Part shown: positions 58,101 to 64,000 of the stretch, piece after piece
Layout of the letters: the number at the start of each line of letters is the position of its first letter
How positions within the stretch are numbered: the first letter of the stretch is position 1
Assembly: GCA_045605345.1 (NCBI GenBank)
Contig: JAZUPT010000016.1
Span: forward strand, 4,363 to 68,362
Length of the DNA stretch: 64,000 nucleotides
Reading direction: 5' to 3'
Source of the DNA: Candidatus Spyradenecus sp.
Lineage (GTDB): Bacteria > Verrucomicrobiota > Kiritimatiellia > RFP12 > DVOR01
The notes under the pieces: model-generated
What the model saw: only the letters and a program-made list of their open reading frames with translations
The model's database searches: none
What the model was told of the DNA's origin: nothing
Program-made: the position numbers and the translations under genes

Positions 58101-60132
58101 TCACCGTCATTTCACCCGTCACCGTAGAGGGCAATGTCTCCACGGATTCATAGACATCCGCAGAATCATCCGTGCCGGCTTCGGTGACCTTCGTCGTCGC
58201 GAGCGTTGAAGCATTGTACGCCTTCGCCACTTCGCGTGCAGGGAGCACACCAGAGAAGATGTTGATTTCCGACATCTCACCACGGAAACCGCGCCAATAT
58301 TTATCGTGTGCACCCCCAAAGCGACGCGTTGTTATTGCCGGAATGTAACCTGTAATAACCTGCGAAGCAACGGCCACACCATTGATGTAGAGCGTTCCTG
58401 TTTGAGTCTTCGCATCAATCGAGAAGGTTACATGTGTCCACTCATTCACTGGCAGCACCTCCTGACCTGCGAAAGCCACATTTACCTTTGTCTCACCACC
58501 GCGCTGAACATAAATCTTTTGTTTTTGACCATCGTCATTTGTACCAACCAAGAGCAGATAACCATTCTCGTCCTGCGAACCATTACGCGAATCCATTAAG
58601 ACAACCGCTTCATTGCCCGTCGCATCAAAAGAGGTGGGCTTCACCCAGAAGGCAAGCGTTTCACCAACAGAGACAAGGGTGTCCGTGGCTTGAAGGGAGT
58701 TCTCAACATAGGCTCCAATTGCCTGATAGTCCTCATCCCCCGCGCCCACAGTTGCAAAAGTGTAGGTATCTGTTTCACCGTTGTAAGTCAGGTACTTCTT
58801 CGTTGTCTCATTCACGCGAGACACCAAACCGCCATACTGCGATGTAATATTACGCGAGGCAGAATTTTCATCAGCCAACCAAGAGACTTCAGTTGCACTC
58901 AACCCACGATTAAAGACCTTAATGTCCGCAATCTGGCCATAGAACGTGTGCCACGAGGTGGAGTCATAGGCGTGACCAAAGCAATAAGGGATGGTATTCT
59001 GCAATGCGCAGTCAAACGGCATCTCCGTTGTGATTTCGGCCTTACCATCGATGTAAAGCGTTAAGGCATCACCCGCCTTCTGCCCTGCCACCAACACCAG
59101 ATGGTGCCACTTGTTATCGGCGTAATTGGCATCCGTATTGGAGAGGAATTGCGCAGAATTGCTCGCATTACGCGGTTGAATGGTGATTTGGTTCTCATCA
59201 TTCAAGAACAGGTTTATGCCCATCTTATTGCCCGTCTTTGATGGACGGCATTCGAAGAGCGGCATCCCACGTCCTGTGGTGTTATCGGTAATATCTTCAG
59301 TCGTAGGTTCGGAACGGAACCAGAGCGAAACAGCGTACATACCTTCAGGATAAGCCTGAGGCGTCATCTGCACACCCTTATTGCCAGAGGTCATCCCAGA
59401 GAAGTCATACACATTCGCCTGGAGTATGCCATCTGCATCCTTTGAGCCCGTGTAATCTTCCAACACCGCGACGGCGGCGTCTACTGTAGGCGTGAGCGTC
59501 ACCTGACCTGCGACATCACTTGGCAACTGCGTTGTGCTCACGGTCAAACGGCCTACGCCAGTTTGCTTTTCGCCATCACCCAATTGATAGGTGTATTCAG
59601 AAGCTTCATTCACCACAGGAATGCGGTTATACGCATCCCCAGGACCAAAACTTTGGTCGTCAGGCAAATCCACCGGCACAATCAAGGTCTGCAGAAGCGT
59701 CTTTTGGTCAGCACGATAGAGGGCCACATTGGGGAACTTCTTAGGGTTGACCTTGGAGGGGAAGACCATCACATCCTTGTCGTACACCGCGACCTTTTCG
59801 CCATCCCAATAATTCGGATAGGCTTCGCTCGTGTACACAAGTGTACGTTCACCAGGACCTAATTCGCGGTCACACAAGATGCGACGATTCTTTTTCTTGT
59901 CTTCCTTACCGCGATTCCAACGAATCAAGGCAAAATCCTTCAAATTCACCGTTTCGGTGGTGCTGGTATTCGTCAATTCAATCCAACCCGCCTCCTTCCC
60001 ATTCGGGTCAAGCGCATCCGGGCGAGGGCAAATTTCTGTAATACGCAATGTCGCAAAGAGGCTCGCTGCCATCGTTGCACCCAATACACTGCTCAACATC
60101 TTCAACGTCTTCATCTTTGAGCATCCTTCCAT
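55165..60132 (-). CDS. giant (1655 aa) secreted multidomain CotH-family (atypical kinase fold) protein: signal peptide - lamin-tail domain - two LamG/ConA-like lectin domains - CotH domain - second lamin-tail domain - C-terminal tail
   Basis: Signal peptide MKTLKMLSSVLGATMAASLFA. LTD ITEICPRPDALDPNGKEAGWIELTNTS...LKDFAL. LamG blocks WHHLVLVAGQ...LYIDGK...GQIADIKVFNRGLSATEV and EWTHVTFSID...LYINGV...GEMSEINIFSGVLPAREV. CotH block YYDNVRIDLRGNTSAHFPKKSHGLRF...YDHNLSFG. Second LTD IDLSGWTVEG...FTLPPGTVLLGGKSLVLA. Confidence 0.75.
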   Translation of the reverse strand: MEGCSKMKTLKMLSSVLGATMAASLFATLRITEICPRPDALDPNGKEAGWIELTNTSTTETVNLKDFALIRWNRGKEDKKKNRRILCDRELGPGERTLVYTSEAYPNYWDGEKVAVYDKDVMVFPSKVNPKKFPNVALYRADQKTLLQTLIVPVDLPDDQSFGPGDAYNRIPVVNEASEYTYQLGDGEKQTGVGRLTVSTTQLPSDVAGQVTLTPTVDAAVAVLEDYTGSKDADGILQANVYDFSGMTSGNKGVQMTPQAYPEGMYAVSLWFRSEPTTEDITDNTTGRGMPLFECRPSKTGNKMGINLFLNDENQITIQPRNASNSAQFLSNTDANYADNKWHHLVLVAGQKAGDALTLYIDGKAEITTEMPFDCALQNTIPYCFGHAYDSTSWHTFYGQIADIKVFNRGLSATEVSWLADENSASRNITSQYGGLVSRVNETTKKYLTYNGETDTYTFATVGAGDEDYQAIGAYVENSLQATDTLVSVGETLAFWVKPTSFDATGNEAVVLMDSRNGSQDENGYLLLVGTNDDGQKQKIYVQRGGETKVNVAFAGQEVLPVNEWTHVTFSIDAKTQTGTLYINGVAVASQVITGYIPAITTRRFGGAHDKYWRGFRGEMSEINIFSGVLPAREVAKAYNASTLATTKVTEAGTDDSADVYESVETLPSTVTGEMTVTLPEYAEGATLTFSAPETAGLLALAWEGKAIELDAPIELDGATAGTLAWTLTADEDASRMSVLITAELAGEIAGETRVIMPDMTPGTENNTSTAIPYGPNIGPSNKEVFEDFGYYLPEPMATPGEDYTVVLDVHPIADDAENAITKVELMYRCNFGETKYVEMALTEEAFQRTVEEEDEAGETIEVEKLFPAYVGVIPAKDLPANGLLIQFGARITDGAGRQWISPSRNNPDDCPNWYGTIVEPTADQTSLHEKLQTFHLFVEGSTNLDLMDKDYADISKAYPLGARCGIYDAQTDTYYDNVRIDLRGNTSAHFPKKSHGLRFSKCQPLTCKNMLEGKKGTKLKEIRKTSFTAEYADPTFIRQSLSFHMWRNAGNKVPFHYPVRLQLNGEFYQLAFHSNRFTDELIEDYYGLDPMGYGYKNVGTISANVGTTAGSVEKKTPDDGDETSPTAYAPMVAWAQTFSTSQAVAEAELAAEKAGTEVSADIVAKREALKNAVYDSFDIPAWINYLAMARITQEADDIWANISLYWDKNGNDVWMPLAYDHNLSFGAWYFGDDRATGRIGLRPTADEFKSHPFYSGWKVRAHAKSGATVGSGNYAVEALWQNPEIRQMYLRRLRTLMDEHLKAPDTAQEETPFWDYVTLFKEVVAADAELDRAKWGTEYKDTVIYVWDHILGWDEAFEDLWEKYVVPRRTHLYETHSINNSEWETGYASDKNAGIPAAHPETFAPILMEKVEGGIKLTNPNVDSIDLSGWTVEGMMDVSTLPEDSEDVFTLPPGTVLLGGKSLVLAYDRKEYVKNNDPCFVIGLAVYGDDKTWIPEPNTEATSIVLKKADGDVAVDNVLPAEIATWLNEAITDGKVKAAALAEVTAAADYELAYLLDEAPIADMAAATELDIAAFTIDAEGNVTLTATLTVNGKEKTGSIKGQIKLYAKENLSDTAWTEVAQEQDFGSEGEAQLAPRATKSSVVPRFFKAKIER

Positions 60133-60261
60133 TCTAACTGTACCAATAAAGACTCGTCTAACACGTTGTCTTTACGAAACTTACATCTTTTAAATAATAA
60201 CAAAGCGGCGCAGTTTTCACAACCGCACCGCCTCATTTTAAGGACTCTACTCGCTCGCGTA

Positions 60262-61209
60262 TTACTTTGTATTCATACTACCAAAAGCTTTTAGAATACC
60301 CTCAGCGATTTGATTTGCAATCTTTTTCTGTTGCGCCACATCGGTTATGCGCGCAAAATCTTCTTCATTTGTGATGAATCCGGTCTCAATCAAAATCGCA
60401 GGTGCGGGCGTATCACGCAAGACCTTAAAGTGTGCATGACGCACGCCACGATCTGCCACCGTTATTGCGCCAGACGTCGCCTTATCCTTCGCCAAAAGTG
60501 CCTGATGGACATAGTACGCCAAGCGCGTAGAAGTCACCACATGCGCATGCCCTGCGAGTGGTCCGCGCGCTGGCGAATTCGGAAGCGTCCCTTCGCAACC
60601 AAAAGCAGGCAAGGTGTAGGTTTCCACACCCTTTGCCTCTGGATTTGCCGAAGCATTCACGTGAATACTCACAAAGGCATCAATCTTCAACGATGCGCCC
60701 AACTGCGTACGCTCATCCAATGTCCGCGTTGTCTTCTCATTCGGGCGCGTGAGATTCACATTGTGTCCCTTTGCCTTCAAGATTGCTTGCACTTCGCGCG
60801 CAATGGCGAGCGTAATCTTCTGTTCGTGCACATCCCCCTTTCGGCAACCGCTATCCGTGCCGCCATGACCAGGATCAATGAGCAGATTGAGCGTCCGTTT
60901 CGATGCCACTGGCGCCAAAAGCGCCGCCCGCAAGATGCGAATATCATCACGGCTCAAGTTACGCGTTCCTGCGGGACGATTGAGGTAGTAGGAAATCCCA
61001 TCAATGAAGGCGGGACGTTGGCCGACCGTAAATTCAAACGTTTGTACAGGCGAACCTGCCGGCGCGACCAAGCGAACCTTCCCCTCCTCCACCGTTCGCT
61101 CCGCATCGGGGATTCCCAATTCTCGGGTGGTGGTTCGGTAAGCCGAATTACACCCCAAAATCAATAACAAGGCAGAAAGGCAACACATCTGTAAAGGAAA
61201 CTGCATCAA
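60262..61209 (-). CDS. N-acetylmuramoyl-L-alanine amidase (Amidase_3 family) lipoprotein
   Basis: Lipoprotein signal LLLILGCNS. LIDPGHGGTDSG...FVSIHVNA...GVETY matches the Amidase_3 zinc site. Confidence 0.8.
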   Translation of the reverse strand: MMQFPLQMCCLSALLLILGCNSAYRTTTRELGIPDAERTVEEGKVRLVAPAGSPVQTFEFTVGQRPAFIDGISYYLNRPAGTRNLSRDDIRILRAALLAPVASKRTLNLLIDPGHGGTDSGCRKGDVHEQKITLAIAREVQAILKAKGHNVNLTRPNEKTTRTLDERTQLGASLKIDAFVSIHVNASANPEAKGVETYTLPAFGCEGTLPNSPARGPLAGHAHVVTSTRLAYYVHQALLAKDKATSGAITVADRGVRHAHFKVLRDTPAPAILIETGFITNEEDFARITDVAQQKKIANQIAEGILKAFGSMNTK

Positions 61210-61275
61210 AAAACTCCACGTACGTTCAAAAGATTTAAGTCAACAACTAAGATACGCCTCACCCATTCATCGGGC

Positions 61276-61788
61276 TCAAATGGATTCGGGTTGCAATGCC
61301 AAGACACCCGTTGTGCGATGGATATGCGTGATTGCCATCGCCAAGGCATCTGCCGCGTCATTCTGGATGGGCGGAGGTAACGAGAGAATGCGCGCGACCA
61401 TCGCCTGCACCTGTGCCTTTTCAGCGGCACCAGTCCCCGTCACGGCGCGTTTAATTTCCGACGGTGCATACTCATACACAGGGATGCCGCGCTTGGCACA
61501 GTTCATCACCACCACGCCACGAGCATGACACAAAATCATCGCCGTACGCGCATTTTTGGCATAAAAGACCGTCTCTAACGCAGCTTCTGTGGGGTGAAAG
61601 GTATCCAACAGTCGCCCCACTTCTTCATCAATCATCTGCAAAGCCTGCGACATTGGGCGACTCTGCGGCACGCGAATCGGCGCAAAGTGCAATGCCTTAC
61701 GCACCGATCCCAAGACCTGTACAACCCCCACGCCAGTGGAACGCAACGAGGTATCAAAGCCAATCACGATTCGTTCAAGCGCCGCCAT
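61276..61788 (-). CDS. ruvC: crossover junction endodeoxyribonuclease RuvC
   Basis: IGFDTSLRSTGVGV (catalytic Asp), EAALETVFYAKN, and the C-terminal DAADALAMAITH. Confidence 0.85.
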   Translation of the reverse strand: MAALERIVIGFDTSLRSTGVGVVQVLGSVRKALHFAPIRVPQSRPMSQALQMIDEEVGRLLDTFHPTEAALETVFYAKNARTAMILCHARGVVVMNCAKRGIPVYEYAPSEIKRAVTGTGAAEKAQVQAMVARILSLPPPIQNDAADALAMAITHIHRTTGVLALQPESI

Positions 61789-62795
61789 TAAAAGAGCTCC
61801 ATCTCTGGCCAGAAACGTGTCGGCTCCACACGCTCCAACTGCGCCTGATCCGCTTCTGAAAGCGCACTGAAGAAGTTGAACCCTGTCATCTCCTCAATTG
61901 CGTCAATTGAGGTCAGGCAGTACCGAGGATGCTTGTCACTGCGAATATTTTGCGGCATATATGCGCCGATTGCGCGCAAACGCCCCTCCTTAACTGAAGC
62001 GATAATCTTAAAGAATCCTTTCGGGATGCGTGCCTTACCTCGACTGATGTACGTTTGCTTTGCGGCGGGGACTGGGCCCGTAATCACCCACAGTTCCACG
62101 TCCTGCTTCGTCAACTCTTTCGCAACAATCTGTTCAAGAATCCGCCACGGACCACGATTCAAATCGGGTGTCTGTGGCACAATGTTACTCATGAAGAAAG
62201 TTTCGCGTTGGGCCGCCTTTCCATAGCGGGTGGCGATGAGATAATTCGGTGCCATATGCCCGCGGTCATAACCCGTGCGCGTGTAATCACTTGGGTCAGG
62301 ACAGTCAGGTGCTTCGAGGTCAACCATAAAGGCGGGGCGCTCTGGGGGTTCATCCAAGACCTTTGACGTGGGCACCGTGTACACCGCATACGCAGGATGA
62401 CCGCACATCGGTGACCAACCCAACCAATACCCTTGGCGTTTTAGGAGTTTAATATCCTTGACGGCCTTCTTGCTATTGGTAATCTCAATCTTACCGAAGA
62501 AAAACTTATTTTGCGTTGGCAGCTTCGCCGAATACGGCACCGACGCATCACGGCCTGTTAGTCCAATTGCGTCCGTAAAGCCCGCCGTCACAAGCCCCAA
62601 TTTCTCTAATGAGGTCTCCAATGCACCAAATTCCGTACGCCTTGCCGCTGGCAAGTGCGCAAACCAATTGCCAAACCCTAAGACAATCACCAGAGCCACC
62701 GCCGAGAGAATCCCCTTCATGCGTCGGGATAAACGAAAAGAGGAGGAAGCCGATGGCTTCTTTTTAGACTTTTTAGGAGCAGCCTTACGCGCCAT
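61788..62795 (-). CDS. membrane-anchored DNA/RNA non-specific endonuclease (Endonuclease_NS/NUC family)
   Basis: Lys-rich N-terminus MARKAAPKKSKKKPS, a TM segment ILSAVALVIVLGFGNWF, and the active-site DRGHMAPN (the DRGH motif of Serratia-type nucleases). Confidence 0.7.
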   Translation of the reverse strand: MARKAAPKKSKKKPSASSSFRLSRRMKGILSAVALVIVLGFGNWFAHLPAARRTEFGALETSLEKLGLVTAGFTDAIGLTGRDASVPYSAKLPTQNKFFFGKIEITNSKKAVKDIKLLKRQGYWLGWSPMCGHPAYAVYTVPTSKVLDEPPERPAFMVDLEAPDCPDPSDYTRTGYDRGHMAPNYLIATRYGKAAQRETFFMSNIVPQTPDLNRGPWRILEQIVAKELTKQDVELWVITGPVPAAKQTYISRGKARIPKGFFKIIASVKEGRLRAIGAYMPQNIRSDKHPRYCLTSIDAIEEMTGFNFFSALSEADQAQLERVEPTRFWPEMELF

Positions 62796-63594
62796 GGGAA
62801 GCCTTTCGTGTCAGTGCTGCCGCTGCGATGGAGCAACACTTCATTACGTTTGCGTGTTCACTTGCCGGCAGAATCGAACACAGATAATCTCGGCGGATCG
62901 TGAGACAATTCCGCGCCAAGGTTAGCGCGCAACTCGCCGGAAAGTGCAGACCACCGTTGCACCACGCCACCTGAATCAAAACAAAATCAGCAAAACTGCG
63001 AATTGCACCGTAGTCCACCGAAGTCCCCGCCTCAATCGCCTGCACGACCTCTTTCGAGAGAGGTCCAGTAAAGGGAAGCCCCCAATAGACCTCTGGGTGA
63101 GAGGGCAAGTAATCCGTTGCAATCGCTTCTTCCAACACAGTAAAGATATCCAACTTATCAGCATCGCGCACGACATGCGCCACCTTTGCATCCGCCTCAG
63201 AGAGAGTTGAGGGCAAATCGCGCACATTGTGCAATTCCACAGCCTTTAACACGCGTTCCCGTAGCTCAGGCGAAGCCTCATCCAACCACCCTAAGCGCAC
63301 AATCTCTGCGCAACTCAACACTGCATGATTCTCACTGTTGCGATCGCTAAACGTGCGATACTTCATAAACTGCGGGAAACGTCCCACATCATGCAACCAC
63401 GCCGCTATCGCGCCAGCCGTTTGCAAATCTTTAGAAAAGTGTTCGCGATGCATGATTTCAATTGCATCTGCGACGACACGTTCTGTATGGTGAATCTTTA
63501 ACTGAATCATCTCCTCTTGCGGAAATGACTCTGTATAACGTTTAAACAACGAAGCAATGTGCGCGACATCCATAGCGCGTATTGTAACAAACAT
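62785..63594 (-). CDS. HD-domain phosphohydrolase
   Basis: HTERVVADA...WLHDVGR...DADKLD carries the H...HD...D metal ligands. Confidence 0.65.
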   Translation of the reverse strand: MFVTIRAMDVAHIASLFKRYTESFPQEEMIQLKIHHTERVVADAIEIMHREHFSKDLQTAGAIAAWLHDVGRFPQFMKYRTFSDRNSENHAVLSCAEIVRLGWLDEASPELRERVLKAVELHNVRDLPSTLSEADAKVAHVVRDADKLDIFTVLEEAIATDYLPSHPEVYWGLPFTGPLSKEVVQAIEAGTSVDYGAIRSFADFVLIQVAWCNGGLHFPASCALTLARNCLTIRRDYLCSILPASEHANVMKCCSIAAAALTRKASHGA

Positions 63595-63754
63595 CCCTTA
63601 GGCAAATGCCCAAAAACAGAGGAAAATCAAACCCGACTCAAACAGGCTCCACCCCTACACACCACCCGATTCGCGCCCCTGAAGGAGGGAAGAAAACAAC
63701 AGCACACGGCATCAAACCGCGTGCTGTTGCATCCATTCGCGCAAACGATGATTA

Positions 63755-64000
63755 GTTGGAAGCGCGACCCGCCACACCAGCTGCCGTAGCGGCATTTGCC
63801 TTAGCAGCTTCATTCGGACGGAGAGAGCGCACGGCAGCGCCAGCACGCCACAATTCGCTGTTGCGAATTTTGTCCAACTTCGCTTCGAGGCGTTCCTTGT
63901 AATCCTTACGACCGCAGTCGCGAATCACGGCCTTAGCTTCAGTCTTGTCAGCCACAGACTTGTAGAGCTTTTCGAAAACGGGCTTGGTAGCCTTTTCAAA
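63755..64000 (-). CDS. 3' end of an unidentified gene running off the window (C-terminal 82 aa visible)
   Basis: Open minus-strand frame from the window edge to the stop at 63755 (…FEKLYKSVADKTEAKAVIRDCGRKDYKERLEAKLDKIRNSELWRAGAAV…ASN*). No confident family assignment. Confidence 0.4.

Overview
This is a 64-kb chromosomal window from a moderately GC-rich, apparently Gram-negative anaerobe, densely packed with housekeeping genes on both strands. Gram-negative status follows from the LPS genes (kdtA/waaA, kdsB). Anaerobic metabolism follows from GTP-PEPCK, rubrerythrin, L-serine dehydratase and a periplasmic diheme peroxidase-like protein. The gene content (GH89 alpha-N-acetylglucosaminidase, LRR protein, giant CotH/lamin-tail protein) is consistent with a mucin- or host-glycan-associated gut bacterium such as a Verrucomicrobia or Akkermansia-like organism. 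That attribution is inference only. Recognisable genes: lysS (5'-truncated), a CPA2 antiporter, thrC, an SNF2 helicase, a dGTPase-like HD protein, sdaA, a MoxR/DUF58 pair, pyrF, kdtA, ilvA, an ABC ATPase and permease, holB, aroQ, plsY, gpsA, kdsB, ridA, a beta-propeller/diheme cytochrome c protein, a NUDIX-BirA fusion, a U32 peptidase, folE, an M24 peptidase, gpmI, a MarC-family protein, a tandem-ABC ATPase, an M16 peptidase, the coaD-yceD-rpmF-plsX-fabD-fabG-acpP lipid cluster, hemL, dut, GH89, uvrB, pckG, rbr, tRNA-Lys(TTT), a 1655-aa secreted CotH-family protein, an amidase, ruvC, a secreted non-specific nuclease and an HD hydrolase. No CRISPR array, rRNA or obvious transposase/integrase was seen. 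The most unusual content is non-coding. A modular, dispersed family of hairpin-containing repeats (CTATC/GATAG-rich modules and GC hairpin modules whose stems are conserved while loops vary) fills four unusually long intergenic regions at about 12.2-12.9, 38.1-38.8, 43.4-43.7 and 50.8-51.2 kb; the 38-kb locus carries two near-identical ~190-bp tandem copies. There is also an AT-rich island next to tRNA-Lys carrying four 22-bp palindrome-containing direct repeats. Several ORF-track entries are antisense artefacts of GC-rich genes.
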